Source: Schmidtea polychroa (Eukaryota). Taken from it: 64,000 nucleotides of DNA. How positions within the stretch are numbered: the stretch's first letter is position 1; each line of letters starts with the position of its first letter. The stretch spans positions 20,152,001-20,216,000 of the forward strand of contig CM097885.1 of the NCBI GenBank assembly GCA_044892525.1, in the 5' to 3' direction. The notes beneath the pieces are model-generated. The model saw only the letters and a list, made by a program, of their open reading frames with translations. It did no database searches and was not told the DNA's origin. Below are positions 1 to 11,441 of this stretch, in pieces. The position numbers were made by a program, and so were the translations under genes.

Positions 1-241
1 GGATTTAATGCCTTACATAATTAACTTAATTAAAGATTTAGTTTAATAAATTTTAATAATCAACTAAAAATTTATTGAAATAATTTAATAATCAGCTAAA
101 AATTTATTGAAATAATATTTAAATTGTTGATCGAGCAAATAACTTGGGATGATGGTTATATAAGCTCGAACATTTAATTGTGAATATTATTTTGTTTTGT
201 GAATAAATTATTTTAAAAAAACAGCTTTTTATTATAAAAAT

Positions 242-620
242 TTATTTCATTGACTTTAACCAAGCCAAACGATGTTGTCCACATGTTTTTGTTATAGGAT
301 TTTGGTAACGTATTCGATTGCATTCAATTGGCATTAACATTGATTGTAGTTTATTGATTAATATAGGTGGATAATAGAATCCCATTGGATCAAATGCATA
401 TATTTTGTTTGGTTTCACGTATACTGCAAGCCAATGTTCACCATTCAGATTAGCAGATTGAGTATTTACAATTATTGCTTTGTTGACATCTAAATAAGGT
501 ATTTTGTCTAATGGGAAAACACCTAGAAATTCTTTTCCTAGTAATTTTCTTCCGATAATATGTATCTGAATAGAACTAAATTAATAATAATTAAATAATT
601 TAAATTAATTCTTACTTCAT
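242..620 (-). CDS. Adenain-like cysteine protease (Polinton PRO), 112 aa, exons 620-616 and 575-242
   Basis: Manual translation: MNSIQIH...FLGVFPLD...IVNTQ..NGEHWLAV...AFDPMG...YQNP..KTCGQH, with the H/D/Q/C catalytic order. It is missing from the ORF track because the ATG is separated by a 40-nt GTAAG...TTTAG intron. Confidence 0.88.
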
Positions 621-654
621 ATTTGATTAATTGATTTTCTATATTTGGTTTATA

Positions 655-1878
655 TTATACCAAAACAGTACGAGTAGATGTAATTTGAATTTCTTTTTCA
701 AAAACTCCATATACAATTACAGAAACAGCTTCAGTAAGTGAAGATGCGAATTTAATATCTAATCGCAAATTTCCACTTTGTGGTAACTGACTTTGATGAA
801 GATCAAAATCTGGTGCCAATACGAATGTAAAGAATGGATACTTGCTCTTAAAATCAGACATGGTGATACCACAATTCATATTTTTATTTAGATAACCCAT
901 ATTTCTAATAATTGATTGCATATAACTTGTACTATAATCATCATTCTCAAAATCTTGACTGTATTTTTCGCGATAATCACTTCCTTTACTTAAAGTTATG
1001 GACTTGACATTAAAGTGATCAAATATAGAAAATGATTCTGAAAACGATCCACTAAATCTTTTACTAGATTGAAATGCAACAAGAATAAAATTAGGTAGTC
1101 GTCTATCTCCAAATATTTGTTCTTTATAAAAAGAGGAAGAACCAATAGGTAATGAGAAATCAACAACTTCTTTGCTTCTTAAAGGATAAATTGCATTTTT
1201 TGTAGACAGACCAATTTGATGTCCTGCCAAAACCGATGGTTCAACACGAACTCTTCTAACCATTAATTTTGCGTCTAATAATAAAATTTTCGGTTCAATT
1301 TTCGCTCAAGTTAAACTAAGTGTTGGATTTGATCTTGTTAATTTAATTTGAACACTAACACCTGGTAGTAAATATTTAGGTTGATCAAAGAAATCAAATT
1401 GAAGTGGGGAACATAAAGAAAAGGATTTTAATTTTTCAATCCATGTTTTTCTCGTAAGATCTTTGTTAGTATACTCCATTCCACCTAAAGATGTTCGTTT
1501 AGTATCTCCGTCATAATTTATAAGTGTTTCAATTAATGCTTTGTGGGCAAATCTATCATTTGATCCTTCAACTTTGATTGAATTAAAAATTAATTCAACA
1601 TCTTTTAAAAGGGTTTGGAAGAAGAAATTATTTGGAATTACTTCTGATTCGCCTAAATTCTCACCAAAATTATTAACAACTTTCAATTGAATATATAACA
1701 AAGTATCATTCAAATCTAAATATTCAGTTTGCGATCCGTTTATGTAAAATTGAATCGAAGAAGAACCAGCATCTGTAATTGAATTTCTTGGGTATATATC
1801 TTCAAATGCTCCATGTTCAATCACTGCTTGGGGAGAAGGTCTATCAAAAAGACATAATTCTGATTTAGCACTAATCAT
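655..1878 (-). pseudogene. Major capsid protein (Polinton PY/hexon-like), ~407 codons, with one in-frame TGA at 1306-1308
   Basis: The N-terminus SELCLFDRPSPQAVIEHG and C-terminus GNLRLDIKFASSL..VIVYG are typical of Polinton MCP. The two ORFs share a frame: ...LSLT*AKIEPKFLLLDAKLMVRRV... Confidence 0.88.
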
Positions 1879-2273
1879 TTTTCAAAGATGGTACCATATC
1901 CTTTCATTCTTTTGTTTATATGTTTCTTCATAATTTTTCGGCGTTTAAGTATTCCACCTTTTTGTTCTTTATCATTTTTAAATACATCGGATACTTTATT
2001 AATTACTTCAGGTAAATGTTGCATCACTGCTGGTAATGATTCTTTAATTTCAGAAATTGCATTTGATTTTAAAGCAGGCAAGATATTTGCATTGTTATTT
2101 ATTACGTCATTAGCTGTTTTCATACCAAAATTTCCTATTCGTCTAAGAATTGGGAGTGCAAATCTACCTATTGTCTTCAACCAACCGGTTCCATATTGTT
2201 TACCAACAAAATATGGTAAATCACCACCCGATTGGTTACTACTATAAAAATGTATTATGTCAGGATTACTCAT
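1875..2273 (-). CDS. Small Gly-rich/amphipathic virion core protein (adintovirus pX/pVI-like) upstream of MCP
   Basis: Y..NQSGG..YFVGKQYGTGWLKTIGRFALPIL motif, a QKGG site and a basic C-terminus; lies between penton and MCP. Confidence 0.7.
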   Translation of the reverse strand: MSNPDIIHFYSSNQSGGDLPYFVGKQYGTGWLKTIGRFALPILRRIGNFGMKTANDVINNNANILPALKSNAISEIKESLPAVMQHLPEVINKVSDVFKNDKEQKGGILKRRKIMKKHINKRMKGYGTIFEK

Positions 2274-3282
2274 TTATTTTACGAAAATGTAATGTCAAGT
2301 ATGTTTTATCTTCTTTTCCAAATATATATTTTCCACTATCATCTCGTATATTGATTTCTATATTGTTTATATATGAAGACGATACAGGTAAGTACATTGG
2401 ATTCTTTTCAATTATTTGTACTAAATCATCTTTTTTATGTTTTTCCACCCAAATACATTTCAAAAGAGGGACCAATGTATCACCAACAATAATTGGTTCG
2501 ATAATATTTGTATAGATCATCAATTGTTGATTGCGTTGTAATACTTCAGGTTCTTTAAAACCAATAATAAGTTTGTCAGTATATGCTTCTTCTAATAATC
2601 CTAAACTATTGGCTAAAAATTTACTAAATTGAACTTTACTGACATCATCATCCATTACAATTTTAACGATTTTTCCTTTTTGAATATCAACAGATTTAAA
2701 TGGACGAGGATAAAAGGTTGATAGTTGATCATTTATTTGTGAAAGATCTGTTATGATATTTTCTTCGAATGTATCTGTAAACTCGACATCGTAATAATAT
2801 TGTATAGTTATTCGAATTGTATCAAACTTTATTTTTCGATTATTTGGAGGAATAGTGATTTTGTTCATTGTTTGCTTAAAAGTTATTTCTTTTTCTGAAA
2901 ATCCCAATTTTTGCGCTTCTTTAATACTATCGAATTCTACTTTAAAAGGAAAATATTTACAATTAATGTTCAATGTATTTCCATCAATATATATTAAATA
3001 AAATGGAGAGTCGTGACTGATTGTATATTCATTTTTTTCTTGGTTAAAGTAAAAGTATTCATAACTTGTATGTAATACACTTTTACTATATTTAACATTT
3101 GAATTGTTGTAAAAAGGAAAATAATTATACACAAAGGTAAAGTCCATGAGAGCTACTTCCCATTCACCATCCAAGTAAATAGGATTTTGAAATTCAACAT
3201 TAAATTTACCAGCTTCATTATTTGGATGAGTCTGAGGACAACTATTAGAAGGTAAATTCACATAAAAATCTTTTTTTATCAT
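2266..3282 (-). CDS. Minor capsid protein (penton), 338 aa
   Basis: FYVNLPSNS..THPNN..GKF...IYLDGEWEVAL N-terminus and IYTNIIEPIIVGD..VPLL..YLPV..INNIEINIRDDSG..LTLHF C-terminus. Confidence 0.88.
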   Translation of the reverse strand: MIKKDFYVNLPSNSCPQTHPNNEAGKFNVEFQNPIYLDGEWEVALMDFTFVYNYFPFYNNSNVKYSKSVLHTSYEYFYFNQEKNEYTISHDSPFYLIYIDGNTLNINCKYFPFKVEFDSIKEAQKLGFSEKEITFKQTMNKITIPPNNRKIKFDTIRITIQYYYDVEFTDTFEENIITDLSQINDQLSTFYPRPFKSVDIQKGKIVKIVMDDDVSKVQFSKFLANSLGLLEEAYTDKLIIGFKEPEVLQRNQQLMIYTNIIEPIIVGDTLVPLLKCIWVEKHKKDDLVQIIEKNPMYLPVSSSYINNIEINIRDDSGKYIFGKEDKTYLTLHFRKINE

Positions 3283-3405
3283 TTATTTTACGAAAATGTA
3301 ATGTCAAGTGTGTTTTTGTATCTCTACTAAATTTTATTAATTTTCCACTATCATCTCGTATATTGATTTCAATGTTGTTTATAGAAGAATTAGAAATTGG
3401 TACAA
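3245..3405 (-). pseudogene. C-terminal relic of a second penton paralog
   Basis: FVPISNSSINNIEINIRDDSGKLIKFSRDTKTHLTLHFRKIN aligns to the last ~40 aa of the intact penton. Confidence 0.8.
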
Positions 3406-4119
3406 AACATTTATCCAAGTTTTATTACCTTGATATACAAAATATTTTTTCAAACGTTCTCTTAAAGTTTGATTAAATCGTTCTACATGAGCAGCTTTGA
3501 ACTGAGAAAATACTGAGTAATGGTTTATTCCTTTGATAACCTCTTTAACTTTGCTGTTATAAAATTCTTTACCTAAATCATATATTTAAAAATTAATTAA
3601 TTAAATTTAATTACCTAAATCCGTTTGTAAATTAATAGGTTTAACATCTGCAAACATTTCTTTTATCGCATCAGCCATTTCATTTGCAGATTTAGTTTTT
3701 GTAGGAACAGCACGAGCATATCTATTAAAAACATCTATACAAGTCAGAATATATTTGTACCCCTTGTTAATTTTTGAAGAAGGTATCATTTCCATCAAAT
3801 CCATTTGCCATACATCATTGTTTCCAATTCTTTTGTATGGTCTTGTTGGAAAACGTTTCAACATTGGTTTATTTAAACTATATGCTAATTGATTAGATAA
3901 CCATTTCTGAGTTTCTTTCTTTGAATTATTCACTCGTTTTGTTAATTTTTCTACGCCACCAAAACCATCTGGATCTTTTGGGTTTGTCCATATTGTTTTT
4001 AACTTTTTCTCTATTGTTTTCACTTTTTTCACTTTTGTTTTCATATTTTTCACTTTTGTTTTTACTTTTGTTTTCATTTTTTCCACTTTTGTGTTGGTTT
4101 TGTGATACGTTTCCTTCAT
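3400..4119 (-). pseudogene. Retroviral-like (rve) integrase; exons 4119-3615 and 3572-~3400; 3'-truncated by deletion
   Basis: WQMDL, YILTCIDVFNRYA, and after removing the 42-nt intron QTDLGKEFYN...KAAHVERFNQTLRE (D,D,E intact). The reading ends at TWINVL, fused to the penton relic. Confidence 0.88.
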
Positions 4120-4188
4120 TATTACAACAAGTTGTCAAAATATTAAAATCTACAATATTTTTATTTGGTAATGAACTCTTGATACCTA

Positions 4189-4512
4189 TTAAGAACTTAA
4201 TGATGAGATTTCACTAATTGCAGATAAGACTATAGGAATTAGTCCACCCAAGAACCCTCCTTTTTTATATATTATCTTTCTCATTAGACGACGATTTTTT
4301 GTATCAACTAGAGATAAAAGTGATCTTTTATGTCTTTGCAATATTAATCTTTTAGCTTTAGTTATATTCACATTACCACGGACAACATTTATAATAACTT
4401 CAAGTAAATCATCAATAACAAATGATGGAAAAGACTGTAAAAATGATATTCGTTCCGAATTTGGTGCCTTTATTAAAGCATTAAAATATGGTAAACTCCG
4501 TTCAAATTTCAT
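4189..4512 (-). CDS. Conserved small Polinton/adintovirus protein with a C-terminal GGFL amphipathic tail (~107 aa from ATG 4512)
   Basis: N(V)VRGNV...LQRHKRSLLSL...KGGFLGGLIPIVLSAI pattern, lying between ATPase and integrase. Confidence 0.7.
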   Translation of the reverse strand: MKFERSLPYFNALIKAPNSERISFLQSFPSFVIDDLLEVIINVVRGNVNITKAKRLILQRHKRSLLSLVDTKNRRLMRKIIYKKGGFLGGLIPIVLSAISEISSLSS

Positions 4513-4541
4513 TATTATTATTAATTTACGCGACGGATTGT

Positions 4542-4682
4542 TTATAATTTGATCCACTTCTTGATTTGTTTCTTAGTTTTTGTACTTTTTGTACTTTTTG
4601 TTTTCTTTGTACGTTTTGTTTTCTTGGTAATTTTCTTCGAAACACTTGGAAGATTTTTAACAACTACTTTTTTAAATGACAT
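4542..4682 (-). CDS. 46-aa Lys/Thr-rich basic micro-ORF (possible DNA-condensing peptide or internally deleted gene)
   Basis: Manual translation MSFKKVVVKNLPSVSKKITKKTKRTKKTKSTKSTKTKKQIKKWIKL*; it fills the gap between flanking genes. Confidence 0.4.
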   Translation of the reverse strand: MSFKKVVVKNLPSVSKKITKKTKRTKKTKSTKSTKTKKQIKKWIKL

Positions 4683-4701
4683 GATTAATTTTATTTAGTT
4701 T

Positions 4702-5325
4702 TTAGTTTTGTTTATAAATCGTAACACCGTTTATATTAAAAATATCAGTTCTAATACGCATATCATCTGGACATTGTTGTGTAAAATCAAAAAATAAATA
4801 TCCATGAGGAATTTTTGTCGCATCTTGGAATGAATCAATCAAAAATTTTCTATTATTTGGATAAGCTTGTCTTGCAAGAAAATCTATTATTGTTTGATCT
4901 CTAGGATTTTTGAAAATAATTAAATATTGGACATTTAAATTACGTGTTCTATGACTTCCACCTTGATGAAAAAGATTTTGTGTAATGAAAATAACTGTAA
5001 CTCCACAATGTCTACTGATTTTTGTAAATAAATTATTAAAATCTTTTTCTTTATTTGCTTCCTGGTACAGATCATCGATAATAATAACATCACCTTGGCG
5101 TAATCTAGATGACCAATTTTTATCAAATCCTTTAATTATTGTCATTTTTAATTTACAGAAACTGTTTTGAGTCAATTCATGTTCTTCATCTGCACCTCGA
5201 TGCCAATATATTTTATTAAATTTAGATTTAAACATGTTTGATTGTAATAAATTACATACAAATAAAGTTTTCCCGCTTCCACTAGGTCCTACAATTTGAT
5301 ATACTGCGTCATTTCTTAATTCCAT
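4702..5325 (-). CDS. FtsK/A32-like DNA packaging ATPase
   Basis: Walker A GPSGSGKT, Walker B IIIDD, SRH and ITQNLF motifs, PHGYLFFD. Confidence 0.93.
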   Translation of the reverse strand: MELRNDAVYQIVGPSGSGKTLFVCNLLQSNMFKSKFNKIYWHRGADEEHELTQNSFCKLKMTIIKGFDKNWSSRLRQGDVIIIDDLYQEANKEKDFNNLFTKISRHCGVTVIFITQNLFHQGGSHRTRNLNVQYLIIFKNPRDQTIIDFLARQAYPNNRKFLIDSFQDATKIPHGYLFFDFTQQCPDDMRIRTDIFNINGVTIYKQN

Positions 5326-5375
5326 TTTTTAATTAAATTATTTTATTTAATTTGTTTATAATTACAATAAGTAGA

Positions 5376-5852
5376 ATGATCAGCAACATTAATTATAGAG
5401 GAAGATGTGTAGTAAATGGAATGAAGTTCCCATCAGGAAAACCTCAACATGTTGTGGACAGAAGTGGAAAATATCCAATTTTATTCTTCAAGAGCGGGAA
5501 ATGTAGGATAATGGGATGTAAGAAACCATTACAGGAAGGTGATCTCAAATATCAGATTCAAGATTTACAAATCCAATCAATTACATTAACGCTAGATATG
5601 GGTACATGCATTGATTTAAATGCATTGTCAAGGAAAACCGATAGTTACTACGAGCCTGAAATATTTCCAGCTTTACGTATTCTCAAGTATAACCCCCTAT
5701 GTGTAAATGTTTTTTCAAGTGGGAAAGTTGTTATATTAGGGATTAAAACATTTGATTATTTTAATCAAATTCAAGAAATTCAGAAATTCATTAAATCATT
5801 AACTATAAATATCACAACAAATGAAGAAATATTGGAATATTTATTAAGTTAA
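5376..5852 (+). CDS. TATA-binding protein (TBP)-like protein, intronless, element-borne
   Basis: Two TBP repeats: ILFFKSGKCRIMG and LQIQSI..LD....IDLNAL..SYYEPEIFPAL....P..VNVFSSGKVVILG. Confidence 0.85.
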   Translation: MISNINYRGRCVVNGMKFPSGKPQHVVDRSGKYPILFFKSGKCRIMGCKKPLQEGDLKYQIQDLQIQSITLTLDMGTCIDLNALSRKTDSYYEPEIFPALRILKYNPLCVNVFSSGKVVILGIKTFDYFNQIQEIQKFIKSLTINITTNEEILEYLLS

Positions 5853-5915
5853 TTAAATTAATTTAATTAATTGTGTTTAAATTAACTGAATATCTACAAT
5901 AACAAAAATTCAAAA

Positions 5916-6263
5916 ATGGATGACGATAAGCAAGCTTACATATTCCAGACTATATTAACAAAGATGGAAGAATTGTTCCCGAATATAAAGAACAGACTTT
6001 CGTATTGTGCTCCGGAATTATTAGCTTAAAGAATCAAGCAATTAACGGGGATCAATATAGAAGAACTTATACGACGACATTACGAATCTGTACAAGAATC
6101 AAGATTTAAATGCATAGACGATTGTGAAGTATGTATGGATTCGATGAAATTACCATGTCCATTTAGATGTAGATGCTGCCAAGAATATAAGATGAAAGAA
6201 GTTGTTCATATTTTACTAGCAGAATTAAGAAGAGCTTATTACAAGCAAATATTGGATGAATAA
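5916..6263 (+). pseudogene. Cys-rich ~115-codon ORF with an in-frame TAA at 6027
   Basis: Manual translation MDDDKQAY...ELLA*RIKQ...CIDDCEVCMDSMKLPCPFRCRCCQEY...ILDE*. Confidence 0.6.
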
Positions 6264-6365
6264 ATTTTATATCTTTACATTTGTTATTTGGTAAATTTTT
6301 ATGTGTCTAGTTCATTTTTATGTGTTTTGTTGTGTCTAGTTCATTTTTTATGTATTTGGTCGATA

Positions 6366-6505
<140 letters not shown>

Positions 6506-6689
6506 CATAAAAATTTCCATCTAAAATTTGTCTTTGAAAAATATTTCATAAAAATTTCCATTAAAAATTACCATTGAAAAATAATTCATTAAAATTTCTA
6601 TTAAAAATTACTTAAAAATTATTTCATAAAAATTTTCATTAAAAAATTTCAATTCTCAAACACCTTCAACTTTTTGTAATTAAATTTTA

Positions 6690-7880
6690 AAATCTTACTT
6701 TAATTTACTTTAATTTACTTATTTAAAATTTTTTACCATTGATTACTTAATTTAAAAATTATTACTTTAATTTACTTATTTAAAATTTTTTACCATTGAT
6801 TACTTAATTTTAAAATTTGGACCATTATTTACTTAATTTAATTTTTAGAATCATAATTTACTTTAATTTAATTTTTAGAACCTAAATTTACTGTAATTTA
6901 AAAATTTGAGCCATAATTTACTGTAATTTAATTTTTTAGAACCATTATTTACTTTAATTTAAAATTTTTGACCATAATTTACTGTAATTTAATTTTTTAG
7001 AACCATTATTTACTGTAATTGAAAAATTTGGACCATAATTTACTGTAATTCAAAATTTTTGACCATAATTTACTGTAATTTAATTTTTTAGGACCATTAT
7101 TTACTTTAATTTAATTTTTAGAACCATAATTTACTGTAATTCAAAAATTTTGACCATAATTTACTTTAATTGAAAAATTTACCACGTTTTTTAGTGTAGA
7201 CCACCTTTTTCTCAGGACCAAGGAGACCCACCTTAATTTAATTCGAAAAATGCATGCTTTTTTTAGTGATAGTCGGATTTTTGTATTGAAAATATCCTGA
7301 GACCTTAAATTACCATGCTTTTTTATTGAAGACCGCCTATTTGTATTGAAAATATCATGAGACCTTAAATTACCATGCTTTTTTAGTGTAGACCACCTTT
7401 TTGTATTGAAAATATCCTGAGACCTTAAATTACCACTCTTTTTTTAGTGTAGACCACCTTTTTGTAATGAAAAAAATTTTTTGTATTGAAAATCCCGGGA
7501 CCATCGAGACCCCCTCGCTATAGTGACAAAATTCCATGATTTTTTATTGAGACCGCCTTTTTTGTATTGAAAAAAATTTTTTGTATTGAAAATCCCAGGA
7601 CCATCGAGACCCCCTCACTATAGTGTGAATAATCCATGCTTTTTTATTGAAGACCGCCTTTTTCTATTGAAAAATTTTTTTTTGTATTGAAATTCTCAGG
7701 ACCATCGAGACCCACCTCACTATAGTGTGAATAATCCATGCTTTTTTATTGAAGACCAGCTTTTTGTATTGAAAAATTTTTTTTGTATTGAAAATCCCAG
7801 GACCATCATTTTTGTATTGAAAAAAATTTTTTGTATTGAAAATCCCAGGACCATCGAGACCCCTTCACTATAGCGTGAAA
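6690..7880. repeat. Polinton subterminal tandem repeat arrays (~30-bp ACCATAATTTACTGTAATT units, then ~60- and ~110-bp GTATTGAAAA...GAGACC units)
   Basis: Repeated units read directly; adjacent to the element terminus. Confidence 0.85.
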
Positions 7881-10369
7881 AATTGCGTAATAAAAAAGTT
7901 GCCGCAAAAAAAAGTTGCCGCAGACCCCCCCCCCCGGGGGGGTAATTGCGGCAGCGGGCCACTATCTACCTACTTTCTTTTATATTATTTTTCGTCCAAT
8001 CAGGACACGATTTGTTTGTAATTTTATTATTTATTATTATTTATATGTTTTTTATTATAATATACTGGATTTTAACGACCTTACTTATTTTTTATTATTA
8101 TTTTATTATTTTCTTATTTTTTATTGTTTTTCTCTTATTTTCCTATGGATTTATTACCATTTTGTTGTAATATAATTTTTTTTGTTTTAATTATTCTACG
8201 CATTTATTTAGGAATGGTTTTATTTTTATTTTATTTCATTAATTTCTCGTTTATTTTTCTTAAATTTTTGCTATTTTATTTTCCTTTTATTGTTATGCTT
8301 ATTGGGTAATTTCCTTTTGTCCTATTTTTCATCTTAAAAGTTTTATTATTTTATTAGTTATTCCTATCTCTTTTATTGTTATTTGATTTGTTTATTCCTA
8401 TATTTCTATGTAGTTTTCTGTAAAATTTATTTTTATCTATTCTATTCCTTTGTGTGGTCCCTTTTCTCATCCTTGACTCGATTTTCAACACTTTCAAAAC
8501 TTGGCCCAACACATCAAAGTATTTAAAATAAATTAGTTTTTACTGATAAAATCTCATTGAGGTTTTCGTTATATACATAAAATAATACAAAGATTCTCCT
8601 TTGGAACTAAATTCAATTCAAAACATTCATTCAGAACTTCGGCAATTTCTTCATAATATTTGTCAGTATATTATAAATTCGCCGACTTTGGAATCGTTTG
8701 GTTGGTTTGTCACACTAATCTTATAGCCATTATTGTTTATAACTTCCAAATTAGATTCAAATCCCAAAACCTGTGAACTATTTGTTGATTCATCATGATT
8801 TTTTCGAGTTAGTATTTAGATTATCATTTGTATTATTCTGTAAGTCAGTTGTCTTTACAAAATCGGATAACTTTTGATATAACATGTTTTGCATATTGAA
8901 AGATTTATATATTGAATTACTTGATGAATTCACTTTAAAATTCATATTTACATAACTCTAACCAATTTGCCATTTTGGAAAATTACATAATATGCAATAG
9001 CATTAGGAAAATCAATATTCACAACCATATAAGATTTATATAGATTTCGATAAGACCGTTTAACGGCTCACTACTGTTTATATATACAAAATTTTGATGC
9101 CCTTCCACGCATAGTTCTGAGAATTTAGACTGGCAGCGCACACATTATCGAGTATTGCTTGACTTGCTAATTTTCTTTTAAATTGAGTTGAATTTTTTAA
9201 AATTATTTTATATTCAGTACAAGCGCCCATGATTTGTCACTCCTATCGCGCATTCTATTGATTATTTTAAACAATCAATATATTTATTAATTTAATTTTT
9301 GGTTAATATTTTATTAATTTAATTTGGTCGAAGAAAGATAAGTAAGGAGAATCTCAGAAAATCCGGCGATTAGTGATCAGAAATAGTAATCTAGCAATTC
9401 AAAAAAGGTGTAAGACTCGTACCAGAAAATGGGATTGCCCCTTGGGTTTTCTACCTTAACAAGCCAAAATTGTTTTAAGCGAAAGGTGCAAATAGTTACA
9501 AATTGTAATTTGATTGAAATTAAATAAAATTATTCTGTGTTGGGTTTCAATTTATTTGGTTGAATAAGAACACGAGGAGTCAGAGAGAGAACCGACTTTC
9601 AAAATAAAAACAGGGTTGTTCACAGAAATTTCGAGGATTAATTTACCACTTTTGTTGTCATTTGTGATTCAATTCTATTTGCATGAATAAAAATTGGAGT
9701 TTCTATGTAGTCTTAGCCTTTACCTTCTCCAACAGTTACATTGTAAAAATAGGCCATGTTTAAGGTGCTTCTTGCTTCTTTTAAGATTTTTTAATTGTAT
9801 AATGATTTCGATCAATTGGTGTTTTGTGGTCGATAATAGTATATTACTCTCGGGATTTCATGGAAATTACTTAGTTTTACTTTACCTAAATCCCGGGATT
9901 TTCTTTGTGATAATATTTATTCACATGTTGGCAAGAATCCAAGTTAAATTTACTACTTTTGCACAAAATTCTGCTGCAAAAGAAAATAATTGGGATAATT
10001 TCAAGTGACCCACTTTAGTTCCGAAAATAAAGTATAAGATATACAAACATTTTTTTCTTTTTCCCAAAACATTTTTGTCGCAAAGTTATGAACGTACCAA
10101 AATAACATATACCAGTATAACATATAAAAATATCAATTAAAGCCCACCCCCACCTGACCTGATATAGAATCGGCCGATAGTATGTAGAATGCAGCAACAT
10201 GTCCGAATAAATTGTACCATTCCTGTAAACGCGCATAATCATTTTCTCATGATATCAACATGTTGGGCATCACTTCCTACGAGGTTGTCATCATTAAAAA
10301 AATTGGCTTTGCCATTTTGTCCACATTCAGGTCCACTTATAAATTGAGCAAATATTTTCACAAATGAAA

Positions 10370-10811
10370 TTTATTTTAAGCAAAAACAGGAGCAGGCTAA
10401 CTAATGAAAATTCAGATGTTTGTGTTCGACTTAAAACGACTAACTATAAACCAGACTTGACTAAATTGAAGTCACAAGTTCAACATCATAATTAATATCC
10501 TTAAATATATTGTATGCAATTGATATCTTCGGTAAAAATGAATTTAGGCCCACGTAGCAGTAAATCATAACGTAATACAGACGTTTCATTTGATTCTGAT
10601 ATAAATGAAGATTCTTTTTAATTAATATTGTCGAGAAAGTTTATAATAAAGTTTATTCAACTATGTTTGTAATTATTTTCTTAATAAAATATATCTTATT
10701 ATTTACTAAGATGCTGTTTTAATACGAAAATATCTCTGACCCAAACGTTTTCTTTAATACTCGCATTTTGGTTAATTTTGACCCGCGACCAAAAAAGGTT
10801 GCCGACCCCTG
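10370..10811 (+). mobile_element. hAT (Buster/Charlie-type) right-end remnant
   Basis: Transposase tail RLKTTNYKPDLTKL..Q.HH* and terminal GGTTGCCGACCCCTG. Confidence 0.5.
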
Positions 10812-11218
10812 GCGTAGATAAACAACAGAAAATAAACAAATGTGACTTAATTGCGATAAGAAAAAGTAGGAATGGAAATGGAAACTTTTCCCCCACAAAA
10901 TATCATTAACCGCATAAAATTTGAACAAAAATGGACACAGTGATGGAACCTAAATCTTATGTTAAAAATAATTTAAATTAATTTGAAAATTTTGTGCACG
11001 AGGAAACTTTTTCTATTATAATTTTGACTTAAATTCATTTTGAAACAAAATTGATATTTTTATTGATTTCAATTCTTTTTCTTAATTCTAATTTATTTAT
11101 CTAATTATTAATAAACTATTTTATTCAATTTTAAATTAATTTATTATCAACATGTTGTATCATAAATTGGTTTCTTGTGCTATTTTTTGTGTTATTTCTG
11201 TCTTATTTGATGTATTAA

Positions 11219-11441
11219 TACGTTCACGCAGGTGCGTCCCACCGGATGGTACGCACTGCCCGATAAGGCGGTCTAGTGCGGGCCATCGGTGTGATCGGTA
11301 TATTCGGTATATTCATCAAAAACATTTATTTTTAATTACAATTATAATTAATAACGTATTATAAATATAATCTTTGTTCAATAACATAAACTGTGCCGCC
11401 AGATGATGTGCTGCATGAAAATCCACGTCTGAGTGAACGTA
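11219..11441. mobile_element. TTAA-flanked MITE (piggyBac-like)
   Basis: TIRs TACGTTCACGCAG / CTGAGTGAACGTA with TTAA on both sides. Confidence 0.7.

Noticed and set aside
1306..1308. TGA read-through or alternative genetic code in MCP
   Set aside because: The element has other lesions (a deletion, a TAA in the Cys-rich ORF), and TGA ends other ORFs, so a nonsense mutation is simpler
6690..7880. CRISPR-like repeat array
   Set aside because: Eukaryotic context, degenerate tandem units without unique spacers, no cas genes
8520..9700. Decayed coding-like or TE sequence
   Set aside because: No motif I could identify with confidence
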